Shown here: positions 1-8,909 of the stretch, piece by piece
Numbering within the stretch: the first letter of the stretch is position 1
Layout: each line of letters begins with the position of its first letter
Origin: a virus
Virus record (IMG/VR): IMGVR_UViG_3300029915_000005
Strand: one strand, 5' to 3'
DNA: 64,000 nt
Position numbers and translations under genes: made by a program
The notes under the pieces: model-generated
Seen by the model: the letters and a program-made list of their open reading frames with translations, nothing else
What the model was told of the DNA's origin: nothing
Database searches by the model: none

Positions 1-1
1 A

Positions 2-802
2 CAAAATTGTTATGCAATTCAATACATCGACAAGCCAAGCGAAGCTGTGCAACTGGCTGCTGTTCAACAAGATGGTTGTGCAATTAAATACATCGACAAA
101 CCAAGCGAAGCTGTGCAAATGGTTGCTGTTCAACAAAATGGTTGTGCAATTGAATACATCAGAAATCCAAGCGAAGCTGTGCAACTGGCTGCTGTTCAAC
201 AAAATGGTTATGCAATTCAATACATCGACAAGCCAAGCGAAGCTGTGCAAATGGCTGCTGTTCAACAAAATGGTTATGCAATTCAATACATCGACAAGCC
301 AAGCGAAGCTATGCAAATGGCTGCTGTTCAACAAAATGGTTATGCAATTCAATTCATCAACAAGCCAAGCGAAGCTGTGCAAATGGCTGCTGTTCAAGAA
401 ACTAGTCGGGCAATTTGCTACATCGACAAGCCAAGCGAAACTGTGCAAATGGCTGCTGTTCAACGAGATAGTTGGGCAATTGAATACATCGACAAGCCAA
501 GCGAAGCTGTGCAACTGGCTGCTGTTCAACAAGATGGTTGTGCAATTAAATACATCGACAAACCAAGCGAAGCTGTGCAAATGGCTGCTGTTCGACAAGA
601 TGGTTGGGCAATTTGCTACATCGACAAGCCAAGCGAAGCTGTGCAACTGGCTGCTGTTCAACAATATGGTTGTGCAATTAAATACATCAGCAAGCCAAGC
701 GAAGCTGTGCAAATGGCTGCTATTCAACAAGATGGTTATGCAATTGAATGCATAAAAAAGCCAACAATTAATGTCAAATTAGTGGCTAAATTGCTGTCTT
801 AA
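2..802 (+). CDS. 22-aa tandem-repeat protein (DUF4116-like), 5'-truncated by the window
   Basis: Frame open from base 2; at least 12 units of QxxxAIxYIDKPSEAVQxAAVQ (66-bp DNA unit); stop at 800-802. Confidence 0.8.
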   Translation, partial: QNCYAIQYIDKPSEAVQLAAVQQDGCAIKYIDKPSEAVQMVAVQQNGCAIEYIRNPSEAVQLAAVQQNGYAIQYIDKPSEAVQMAAVQQNGYAIQYIDKPSEAMQMAAVQQNGYAIQFINKPSEAVQMAAVQETSRAICYIDKPSETVQMAAVQRDSWAIEYIDKPSEAVQLAAVQQDGCAIKYIDKPSEAVQMAAVRQDGWAICYIDKPSEAVQLAAVQQYGCAIKYISKPSEAVQMAAIQQDGYAIECIKKPTINVKLVAKLLS

Positions 803-832
803 AATATTCAAAACAAAGCACTTATTTTTCTA

Positions 833-861
833 TTGACTTTTAAGTTTAGGTTTGATATACT
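833..861 (+). promoter_or_regulatory. sigma70-type early promoter
   Basis: TTGACT-17 nt-TATACT upstream of SD AAGGA and ATG 886. Confidence 0.7.
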
Positions 862-885
862 ATATTTGTAAGTAGAAAGGAACTT

Positions 886-1086
886 ATGAACACATTTTCT
901 GAACCAGTTATTGCTGAAGGACCTCATTCAATTGAAGCTATTGTTGTCGATCAAGTAAAGCATCTTACTATTGCCCGTTCTGGCGATTGTGAGCACATTA
1001 CTGTATGGATTGATAGCAAGTGTTTTCTAATCACTGCGTTTATCAATTCTGCCAATGAGCCGCAGATTAGGATTAAACAAGCTTAG
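886..1086 (+). CDS. small hypothetical early protein
   Basis: 66-aa ORF with SD and promoter. Confidence 0.6.
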   Translation: MNTFSEPVIAEGPHSIEAIVVDQVKHLTIARSGDCEHITVWIDSKCFLITAFINSANEPQIRIKQA

Positions 1087-1126
1087 GATTAAACAAGCTT
1101 TGGTTTAAGAAAGGAGAAAATAGTTC

Positions 1127-1155
1127 TTGACAAATTAGGTTAAACTTGATAACAT
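1127..1155 (+). promoter_or_regulatory. sigma70-type promoter facing an ORF-free segment
   Basis: TTGACA-17 nt-TAACAT, with TG just upstream of the -10. Confidence 0.5.
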
Positions 1156-1299
1156 AATAATAGATAATGTAAATATCAATCAGTAGTGAGTGTATTAGTT
1201 AAGCTAGTCTAATAGAAGCGTTGAAAGGACGCCAAAATATGACCTGACAATAGTGAAAACTTATGGGTTACAAATTATAAAAAACATCAATTAGTAGTG

Positions 1300-1345
1300 G
1301 AAAATCCCAGCGGAGCCAAATATTGGCGTAGATGCTGGGATTTTC
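1300..1345. terminator. long hairpin / probable terminator between convergent units
   Basis: GAAAATCCCAGC...GCTGGGATTTTC 12-bp stem with inner GCCAA/TTGGC stem. Confidence 0.55.
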
Positions 1346-1389
1346 ATTTGATTTCTCTTACCCGCGAACTGCATAATTATTTATCAAAA

Positions 1390-2898
1390 TTATGACAATT
1401 TGAAATTTATTTTTCCACCTGGTTTACTATTCGCGTAAAAATTCTTATGACATTGGAATTTTATTTCACCTTCAAAACTTGGTGGCCAGATAACACTAAA
1501 ATCAGTATATGATGCGCCGTCTCCACTCACTGTCATTTTTGTTTTTATTTGAATCATATCACAACGAGATAAAATTTCTTTAAAAAATCCAGTTACAATA
1601 GATGTTTTTTCATTCAATTTCTCAGTCACAAGATATGCGATAGTTGCAAGCAAGTGTAATCCAAAACAATAATTAGGATTCTTTAGATTTGGCTTATATA
1701 CTGGATTAGTTAATACCTTTTGCAGTTTTTTAGTGACATCTTTTTTGGTTGCATTCGGATCATCGATTAATTCTTTAATTTTTTTCTGATCTGCTTTATC
1801 GATAAAATCGAACAGCACTCCCAATTCTAATACTCCATCTACTGCTGATTTGACTTTCAATAAAGTCAACACATTGAATAAATATTTGTATTTTTTCTGA
1901 CTGAGCAAATCAGAATATCTTTCTGGATTTTTTTCAATAGCAGTTGTTAAACTAACTACACTAGCTGCTGCCCCACCTTTACTATTCTTGGAACTTACTG
2001 CTAATTTGGTAGAATTATTAATATGTAAATAACTATCAACTAATTGTTCATTTCCTGCCATTGGAAATGAACAATTTTTTATTTTGGCCCAACTTGATCC
2101 CATTGGTTTAAGTAATTGATCTTCAACTTGTTTATATGCTCCAGAAATAAAATGACCTGTAAGTAGAGCAATTGGAGCAGCAGTCTCCCCAAGATCAACT
2201 TCATATGAATTGAAATGTTTTGCTGCGTTCGCCACTGGTTCAGAAAATCCAGCCCTAATATTATTTAATAATTTTGGAATTTGTGTAATTACTTCTTCTG
2301 GCAATTCAGTATGAGTAGCAATGTTTGTAGTAACTTGCTCAAGTAATCCATCAACATCAAAAAAATTATTTACTCCAACAACAGTAGATGGTTTCAAATT
2401 AAGATCAGCCTTTTGCTGTGCTACATTTTCAATTGCATAATCAGTGTCTCTTGCAAAATCTGAATTAGCCCAAAAAAATGGAACTGAGTTTAAACTTTTG
2501 GTGTTGAATAGTTTTACAAATGCTACAACTTGTTTTTGTTCATTAGTCCATAGCGTCACCAATGCCGCTCTTCCAGTATTATTAACAATGTGCCAATTAT
2601 TATTGGAAATTTTTGCTTGAATCTTATATTGCTCAAGTGCTTCCATTACTTTTTGCTGGCCAGTTTTAAGTAATTTTTTTTGATCTGCAAGTGGCAATCT
2701 TTTTGCGGCAGGAGGAAGCATATTTACAGTATCATTTTCATAATACATACCATTTTCAGGAAACACAACATTTCCCATAGCAGTTATGGTTTTTCCTTCT
2801 GGACTTTTAAAAACAATCAATTTTCCAGCAGCGGCTTCTTGACAACGCACATACAATCCCCTACTCCCCGCCTCTTTAATTATTTCGTTATATCTCAT
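1390..2898 (-). CDS. hypothetical protein with PD-(D/E)xK nuclease-like C-terminal half and capsid-tag-like N-terminus
   Basis: MRYNEIIKEA start; GE..APIA, FP..GNE.LVDS, VSSK motif spacing; TAAATA-5 nt-ATG. Confidence 0.5.
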   Translation of the reverse strand: MRYNEIIKEAGSRGLYVRCQEAAAGKLIVFKSPEGKTITAMGNVVFPENGMYYENDTVNMLPPAAKRLPLADQKKLLKTGQQKVMEALEQYKIQAKISNNNWHIVNNTGRAALVTLWTNEQKQVVAFVKLFNTKSLNSVPFFWANSDFARDTDYAIENVAQQKADLNLKPSTVVGVNNFFDVDGLLEQVTTNIATHTELPEEVITQIPKLLNNIRAGFSEPVANAAKHFNSYEVDLGETAAPIALLTGHFISGAYKQVEDQLLKPMGSSWAKIKNCSFPMAGNEQLVDSYLHINNSTKLAVSSKNSKGGAAASVVSLTTAIEKNPERYSDLLSQKKYKYLFNVLTLLKVKSAVDGVLELGVLFDFIDKADQKKIKELIDDPNATKKDVTKKLQKVLTNPVYKPNLKNPNYCFGLHLLATIAYLVTEKLNEKTSIVTGFFKEILSRCDMIQIKTKMTVSGDGASYTDFSVIWPPSFEGEIKFQCHKNFYANSKPGGKINFKLS

Positions 2899-2902
2899 AT
2901 CT

Positions 2903-3991
2903 TTATTTATTCAAATTAGCTCTTCCTTTAATATATCCAGCCACTTTATATTTTTCCCACTCTTCTTTTTTAATAGTTTTGCTTATATTTTTCTCAACAT
3001 TAGAAATCCACATATAATCACGAGTATTACTTAGCAAATGACCTTTTATATACCCCATTTGATTGTATAGAATAAAGTCTACTGGAAAAATTCTTTTAAC
3101 ATCTTTAATAATTAAATTGGTTATCCATATTTTTCCAATTGTTTTAGACTTAATTATTCCTCTAATCCATCCCAAATTTTTATATTTTAACCAATCACAT
3201 TTTTTAATTCTAATTTCTTGTTTCAACTTTAAATTTTTAATAAAAATAGTATCTTTCCATAAATTTGATTTTTCTTTTTTCAAATCATCAGACATTTTAT
3301 ACATCATTCCTTTTGAATATCCTGACTTTAAATACTTTTCTAAATCATTTTTAGAAATTAATATTTCTTCTGATCCATTATTAACCCATATTTTTCCAAT
3401 ATTTTCTTTTGCATTTTTACGTAATGTTTGAAATACTTTTTCTGGAGATCCTTTAATATATCCTTTCAATTCATATGAAGAAAGTTCTTTAATATTAATC
3501 ATTTTTCTATTTCCAGTTAAGGAGTTATAAATATGAATTTGGTCTTTCTTATTAGAAATCATTCCTTTCTTAAATCCCAAATTTTCAAATTTAGAAAAAT
3601 CAATTGGTAATATTTGTTTTTGACAATCTCCATTATTAATCCAGATTGTTCCTACGCTACTTCTAAAAGACTTAGAACCTACATGCAAATTATACCAAGA
3701 ATCATTATTGATTGCTTTAACTCTATAAAGAAATTTACTTTCATGCTCAACACATTTTTTCTTAGAATCAAAAATTCTACAAATCTTGATATCAAATATA
3801 TCTTTTCCTTCATTATCAATAATGTTTTTAATTATTTTGCTTGACGTAAAATAAATAGTCCATAAATCCTCAGGTTTGCATCCTTTTGCAAATCTGCATC
3901 CATAATATTTCTTTTTAGTTATTTTGTGAGTAATACAATATGTAAAAGGAGTTCTATCAATTGCAGTAAAAGTTGATGGATAAATATTCAT
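2903..3991 (-). CDS. GIY-YIG-type free-standing homing endonuclease with repeated WI(N/T)NG DNA-binding modules
   Basis: FTY-x9-YYGCR, YFTSS, E..FL, WYN; repeated IWINNG...GFKKG units. Confidence 0.75.
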   Translation of the reverse strand: MNIYPSTFTAIDRTPFTYCITHKITKKKYYGCRFAKGCKPEDLWTIYFTSSKIIKNIIDNEGKDIFDIKICRIFDSKKKCVEHESKFLYRVKAINNDSWYNLHVGSKSFRSSVGTIWINNGDCQKQILPIDFSKFENLGFKKGMISNKKDQIHIYNSLTGNRKMINIKELSSYELKGYIKGSPEKVFQTLRKNAKENIGKIWVNNGSEEILISKNDLEKYLKSGYSKGMMYKMSDDLKKEKSNLWKDTIFIKNLKLKQEIRIKKCDWLKYKNLGWIRGIIKSKTIGKIWITNLIIKDVKRIFPVDFILYNQMGYIKGHLLSNTRDYMWISNVEKNISKTIKKEEWEKYKVAGYIKGRANLNK

Positions 3992-4058
3992 GGCTGATTG
4001 CCTCCTGTGGCATTAGAGTGGTTAGAGATGGGAGTCTCGTGAACCACATTATTATTTA
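3992..4058 (-). promoter_or_regulatory. late promoter plus conserved structured 5' leader, copy 1
   Basis: TAAATA ataat GTGGTT cac GAGA ctccca TCTC t AACCAC tctaa TGCC acagga GGCA atcagcc ATG. Confidence 0.8.
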
Positions 4059-4078
4059 TCTTGATAAATATCTGTATC

Positions 4079-5041
4079 ATGAGAATATTTGAATTATTAA
4101 TGGAAGGCGGAAATGTTTTTGCAGGAAAGACTGCTTCTATTAAACGCGAAAATATTGAACCAACCATATCTGCCTATTTCAAAGAATTGAAAAAATTGTT
4201 TCCAAAGAAAGCTAATATTTTCAACTCGCAACATTTTGTACCACTTGGATCAGTTGGGAAGAAAGCAGTATCTGGCGATATAGACTTAGGAATAAGTGCA
4301 TCAGATATTTTAGATAAAACAATGAGTGATGCATCCATCTCTTTATGGGGTATTGATCCACTTGCTGTTCATAATGAAGCTCTATCTTTGGAAAAGAGAG
4401 CTAGAACAAGTGGACCTGAACGATTGAGAATGAAGGCTTTTTTAAAAATTCTTACTGCATACATTAATTCTAAAAATTCTGATTTATCATGTAATGAGAA
4501 GAAAGTTACTGATGGGAATATTTTTGGTTTGTTTCCACAGTTTGATGAATCAAGAAATAATTTAGGAATTGGAGTTCAAATCGATTGGATGATTGGAGAT
4601 TTAAACTGGCTTAAATTTTCTTATTTTTCATCTGCATATCCAGAAGGGTCAAATGTAAAAGGGCTACATGGCAGCGAACTATTGGCATCTGCTTTTCAAG
4701 TTGCAAATTTAATGTTTAGTCATATAAATGGTATCAAAGATAAAACAACAAATAAGTATATTTCTCATGATCCGCAAGAAGCATTAAATATTTTAGGAGA
4801 TCGTTTAGGAGTTATAATTCCCAGATCAGAAGTTGAAGATTATTACAGGCTTCATTCTTTATTGAAAAGCAAAATGCGTCCAGAAGATTATAATACATTA
4901 TTAAATGTTTATTTCAAAATCCTAGATTCAACTCACGGAGATATTCCTGATAACTTACAAAAAGAATGGTTAAAAAGAAAAAATTCTTTGGGATTAACTG
5001 GAAAATTTCTCCCAGATAATTCTGCTCTGAAGAATAAATAA
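4079..5041 (+). CDS. Pol-beta-superfamily nucleotidyltransferase with capsid-tag-like N-terminus
   Basis: MRIFELLME start after TAAATA; LGS-x6-SGDIDL and VQIDWM catalytic Asp pattern. Confidence 0.7.
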   Translation: MRIFELLMEGGNVFAGKTASIKRENIEPTISAYFKELKKLFPKKANIFNSQHFVPLGSVGKKAVSGDIDLGISASDILDKTMSDASISLWGIDPLAVHNEALSLEKRARTSGPERLRMKAFLKILTAYINSKNSDLSCNEKKVTDGNIFGLFPQFDESRNNLGIGVQIDWMIGDLNWLKFSYFSSAYPEGSNVKGLHGSELLASAFQVANLMFSHINGIKDKTTNKYISHDPQEALNILGDRLGVIIPRSEVEDYYRLHSLLKSKMRPEDYNTLLNVYFKILDSTHGDIPDNLQKEWLKRKNSLGLTGKFLPDNSALKNK

Positions 5042-5045
5042 TTTC

Positions 5046-5074
5046 TTGACAAATTATATTAAATTTGTTATCAT
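5046..5074 (+). promoter_or_regulatory. sigma70-type promoter, leaderless arrangement
   Basis: TTGACA-17-TATCAT-6 nt-ATG(5081), no SD. Confidence 0.7.
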
Positions 5075-5080
5075 TTTTAT

Positions 5081-5920
5081 ATGAATATAAAATTATTCCA
5101 AATTTGTTATGCTCCTGAACACTTCACTAATATAAAAGTTCCTTTTGAAGTTTGGGATAATTCTGAAAATCTTACTCCCAAACTTTGTGAGTTTCCAATA
5201 TTCAATAAAGTTTATGATTATGCGACTGAAAATAATATAGACTATTGGGGAGTATTGAGTCCAAAGTTTGAATACAAAGCTGGAATATCAGGCCAACAAT
5301 TTTACGATTGGATTGAAAGGGAAATTACTAATTCACCAGCCAAACCAGATGTTCTTTTTATAAATCCAACTCCAATCAATGAAAGTTTATCCTCAAGCGT
5401 AATTAGCCAAGGAGAAAACTGCCATCCTGGTTTGATGAATTTAATGCAACGAGTTTTACAACGTATGAATATTAATTTGATATTAGCCACTTTATGGAAT
5501 TATGATACTTTTGCATTATGCAATTATTTCGTTGGTAATAAGGTTTTTTGGACTAAATATTTAAATTTTGCAAACCAATTTATTGCTGAAGCTTCATCTG
5601 ATCCAAATGATTATAAAATGATGTTTGAAACTGGGGCCAATTACGGGCTTAACAGCGCATTGCCTTACTATACGTTTGTGTTAGAAAGATTATTCAGTCT
5701 GTTTCTTATAATATATCCCGAAATTAATCATTATGAAGCCAAATATTCCAGAGAGCAACTCTTCAAAAAAACAAAATTACCTTTGGAAATTGTTGATGAA
5801 ATTCGAGCACTTTCATATATAAAGCATCTTGGAATTAATGATCCAGAACTACTCAGGCACTGGATATTTTTAAGAAATAAATTTGCTCAACAAAATCCAA
5901 ACATATTCAATGTGGAGTAA
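5081..5920 (+). CDS. hypothetical protein, possibly glycosyltransferase-like
   Basis: 279-aa ORF; YWGVLS, CNYFVG, FVLERLF motifs; function weakly inferred. Confidence 0.45.
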   Translation: MNIKLFQICYAPEHFTNIKVPFEVWDNSENLTPKLCEFPIFNKVYDYATENNIDYWGVLSPKFEYKAGISGQQFYDWIEREITNSPAKPDVLFINPTPINESLSSSVISQGENCHPGLMNLMQRVLQRMNINLILATLWNYDTFALCNYFVGNKVFWTKYLNFANQFIAEASSDPNDYKMMFETGANYGLNSALPYYTFVLERLFSLFLIIYPEINHYEAKYSREQLFKKTKLPLEIVDEIRALSYIKHLGINDPELLRHWIFLRNKFAQQNPNIFNVE

Positions 5921-5921
5921 T

Positions 5922-6638
5922 ATGAAACCATTATTTATTATTAGCAGTGCTATTAGAACAAAACACGGAAAATTTTCTGCTACAGAACGATTACAGCAAA
6001 CTATTGAGACTTTAAAAAGTATTAGAGATAGAATTCCAGATGCAAAAATTTTAGTTAATGAAAGTTCAGGAGAGCAATCAATAACTCAAGAAGAAAATAA
6101 TAAATTATCACGTTATGCAGACTGGATTGAAAACTATTCTAGTGATCCGCAGGTTCAAGAAATATATAAAAGCACAAACAATTGGGATATTGTAAAAAAT
6201 TATACTGAAATGTTGGTTACAGCGAAATCTTTATACATTTTAGAAACATATTCTCCAGAAAGTTCTCGAATTTTTAAACTAAGTGGAAGATATCAGTTAA
6301 CGAATGATTTTGATTTAAATAAATATGATGATCCGAATTTAACTAGTAAATATATATTTTCTGCCAGAAGAAATAGCCAATTTCCCACTAATGTAACAAA
6401 TGGATTAACTCATCAACTAATGAGTAGATTGTGGTCATGGCCAACCAATAAATCTGATTTGGTATTGGCAAGATATAAAATAATGTTGGAAGATTTTACC
6501 AACTCACTAAATCAAAATAACTATCGTGATATTGAACATTTATTATTCAAATATTTTGAAGGCCCAAATCTATTTGAATTTCCCATTATTGGTGTCACTG
6601 GCCAACTCGGTCCTACTGCTCGACAAGTATCAGATTAA
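5922..6638 (+). CDS. hypothetical protein, possibly GT-A-like
   Basis: SD GGAG before ATG 5922; FIISSAI, ERLQQT..T..SI, FKLSGRY. Confidence 0.45.
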   Translation: MKPLFIISSAIRTKHGKFSATERLQQTIETLKSIRDRIPDAKILVNESSGEQSITQEENNKLSRYADWIENYSSDPQVQEIYKSTNNWDIVKNYTEMLVTAKSLYILETYSPESSRIFKLSGRYQLTNDFDLNKYDDPNLTSKYIFSARRNSQFPTNVTNGLTHQLMSRLWSWPTNKSDLVLARYKIMLEDFTNSLNQNNYRDIEHLLFKYFEGPNLFEFPIIGVTGQLGPTARQVSD

Positions 6639-6646
6639 GGAGAATT

Positions 6647-7444
6647 ATGAGAAATAATTACTGGCGTTGTTCTAAATTCGCAGATTTTATTCGTGGATCA
6701 AAAACACTTCATGCATTATCTGGCAAAGAATGGAAGGAATGGCATCAAAAAGAAAAAACAATACATCCATTTCGTTATTGGCTTGCAGAAGAGGCTTTGG
6801 GTTCTATCCAGAATTTTATTAATTGGCCATTGGATAAATATCATAACATTAAGTGGTATTTAAATAATCGTTTCATATCACAATCTCATCAATTAACTGC
6901 TAGTGCCAAACATATTAAGCGCGGGCAATGGTGCGATATTACTGAAAGAATACTTCCTTGCTTATTTGATACACTAGTTGATTATGTAGAAATTGAACTG
7001 GCTCATATTCAATGTTGGAATAATCGAAAATATAAATGGAAAAACGGCCGATGCCAAAAAGCTGGACGTGACAATTTGTATTGGCAAGAATCTTTGGTAT
7101 ATAATGAAGATAGTGGAGTTTATCCTGGAGATAAATTGTATGGGAAATTAACAAAACAAGCAATTAATGCCAAAGAAATACACGACTTGTATGTATGGTG
7201 GACTGAAATTTATTCTAACAGGCTTGAACCCATGGATGAATCTGGTTGGTCTGAATTTTGTTCCAGAAAAAGAACTTCTGGTGATGGATTTATGGATTTT
7301 CTGGATGCAGATGAAACTACTGAACATAGAAAAGAATCTAAAAGAATTTTATCGAAACTAAATAAACTTGAAAAGAAATATCATAATGAAGACACAAATA
7401 TGATGATTAGATTAATCAAAGTGCGTGATTCTTTGTGGACCTAG
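6647..7444 (+). CDS. hypothetical Trp-rich phage protein
   Basis: 265-aa ORF with SD AAGGAG. Confidence 0.7.
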   Translation: MRNNYWRCSKFADFIRGSKTLHALSGKEWKEWHQKEKTIHPFRYWLAEEALGSIQNFINWPLDKYHNIKWYLNNRFISQSHQLTASAKHIKRGQWCDITERILPCLFDTLVDYVEIELAHIQCWNNRKYKWKNGRCQKAGRDNLYWQESLVYNEDSGVYPGDKLYGKLTKQAINAKEIHDLYVWWTEIYSNRLEPMDESGWSEFCSRKRTSGDGFMDFLDADETTEHRKESKRILSKLNKLEKKYHNEDTNMMIRLIKVRDSLWT

Positions 7445-7446
7445 AA

Positions 7447-7510
7447 TACTAATAACACATAAAAAATAGGAGCCAATTAATTGGCTCCTATTTTTTATGT
7501 GTTATTAGTA
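7447..7510. terminator. perfect 64-bp palindrome, bidirectional terminator
   Basis: 7447-7478 is the exact reverse complement of 7479-7510; A6/T6 tracts; lies between convergent genes. Confidence 0.8.
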
Positions 7511-8254
7511 ATCTCCAAAAATTTTAAGAACTTCAGACACAACTGGGTGTCTTTCTATATCTTTATGGTCAAATTCAATACTAGCTATATATTTCGCTTC
7601 ACCATATTTCTCTAACAGATTTTTAAATCTTAATAATCCATTTTCTCCAGTTCTCTTATCTGTCTGATCATTATCTCCTGTAACGACCAACTTTGACCCA
7701 TCACAAAGGCGCGTAAATACAGCCTTTATCTGGTTTTGTGTTGCATTTTGGCTTTCATCAACAATTACAAAAGTATTTCTAATATTTCTCCCTCTCATAA
7801 AACCAATTGGAGTTATTTCAATAGTATTATTTTCCAACAAATTATCAATTTCCTTTTGGCTATAATACTCTGATAAAACATCAAATAATGGAATTAACCA
7901 TGGAGCTAATTTTTCTTTTAAATCTCCAGGTAAAAAACCCACGCTTTCATCGTCCACTCCAACCAAAGGTCGGCATAAAATAATTTTTTCAACAGTTTTT
8001 TCTGATAATGCTTTAATAGCAGCGAGCATTGCAAGATATGTTTTGCCAGTTCCAGCACACCCAGAAGCCAAAACAATCATTTTTTCTACATCTAATAAAT
8101 ATTCCAAATACTCTTCTTGGTGTACATTTCTGGGTATAATACGAACTGCTTTTCGTATTCCTGTTTTTGTAGTATAATTTGCTTTTGCTGGTTGACTTTT
8201 CGTTGCGGTTAAATTTGATTCTTGTGGAGGGCGCTGTTTTTTAAGTCTCGACAT
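7505..8254 (-). CDS. phoH: PhoH-family ATPase
   Basis: GCAGTGKT, VGFLPGDL.EK, FMRGR, VDESQN, TGD..Q.D, RHP.V; SD AGGAGA before ATG 8254. Confidence 0.93.
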   Translation of the reverse strand: MSRLKKQRPPQESNLTATKSQPAKANYTTKTGIRKAVRIIPRNVHQEEYLEYLLDVEKMIVLASGCAGTGKTYLAMLAAIKALSEKTVEKIILCRPLVGVDDESVGFLPGDLKEKLAPWLIPLFDVLSEYYSQKEIDNLLENNTIEITPIGFMRGRNIRNTFVIVDESQNATQNQIKAVFTRLCDGSKLVVTGDNDQTDKRTGENGLLRFKNLLEKYGEAKYIASIEFDHKDIERHPVVSEVLKIFGDY

Positions 8255-8364
8255 GCAGTATCTCCTATAGTAGTTCATTAGTATTTATTGGATTAAAAAA
8301 TTTATTCCATATGATAAATACTTAGATGAGAATAGGAAAGCTAAATACTAATAGGTGATTCCAC

Positions 8365-8907
8365 ATGTCAGATATAAATATCGCAGCTATATTGGATAAT
8401 ATTAAGCAAGTTTCATTGTCTCCTTCAAGTATGGATATACTAAGAGAATTTGAAAGAGTTATTGATGAAAATGGTTGTTACGCTTTTCATCATTATAAAT
8501 CTTTAGAATTAGTAGAAGGACCAATTATATCTGCCTATAGAGTGAAATGCATTTTTATGAGTCCTCTCAAAAAAATGCCCGATCCTTCTGGAGCAGCAAG
8601 ATTGCTTCCATATGGAGTTAAAGTTAGTTATAAAAAAGCTTGGTTGAAATATCCAATTAAATTAAAATCTGAAAATGATTTTAGAGCAGGTATAAAAAAG
8701 CCAAAGATTGCCAAAACAGAAGTTTGGCTGGTATATATCGATATGCCAAAATACTTAATAAAAAATATTACTAGTGGTAGTAAAGAAATCATGGATAAAG
8801 AAATGGATATGAATGATATAGACGATGCATATGAAGAGGGGCTGGACTCTTATCGCGGAATAAAACAAGGAGAGCAAAAGCAAGAAGAAGAACATCCAGG
8901 ATTTTAA
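8365..8907 (+). CDS. hypothetical protein (late)
   Basis: 180-aa ORF; TAAATA boxes and SD AGGTG upstream. Confidence 0.7.
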   Translation: MSDINIAAILDNIKQVSLSPSSMDILREFERVIDENGCYAFHHYKSLELVEGPIISAYRVKCIFMSPLKKMPDPSGAARLLPYGVKVSYKKAWLKYPIKLKSENDFRAGIKKPKIAKTEVWLVYIDMPKYLIKNITSGSKEIMDKEMDMNDIDDAYEEGLDSYRGIKQGEQKQEEEHPGF

Positions 8908-8909
8908 AT

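Noticed and set aside
12-755. Second long ORF overlapping the repeat gene
   Set aside because: It is open only because the 66-bp unit lacks a stop in that frame; it ends where the repeats end.
2-802. Diversity-generating retroelement target
   Set aside because: No reverse transcriptase or template repeat in the window, and the changes are not adenine-specific.
1067-1098. 16-bp tandem duplication TTAGGATTAAACAAGC
   Set aside because: Simple slippage that shortens the ORF by only two codons.
3992-4058. Leader motif as group I intron, tRNA or guide RNA
   Set aside because: Too short; no P7 core or cloverleaf; flanking genes are not split; the variable loop is only 6-7 nt.
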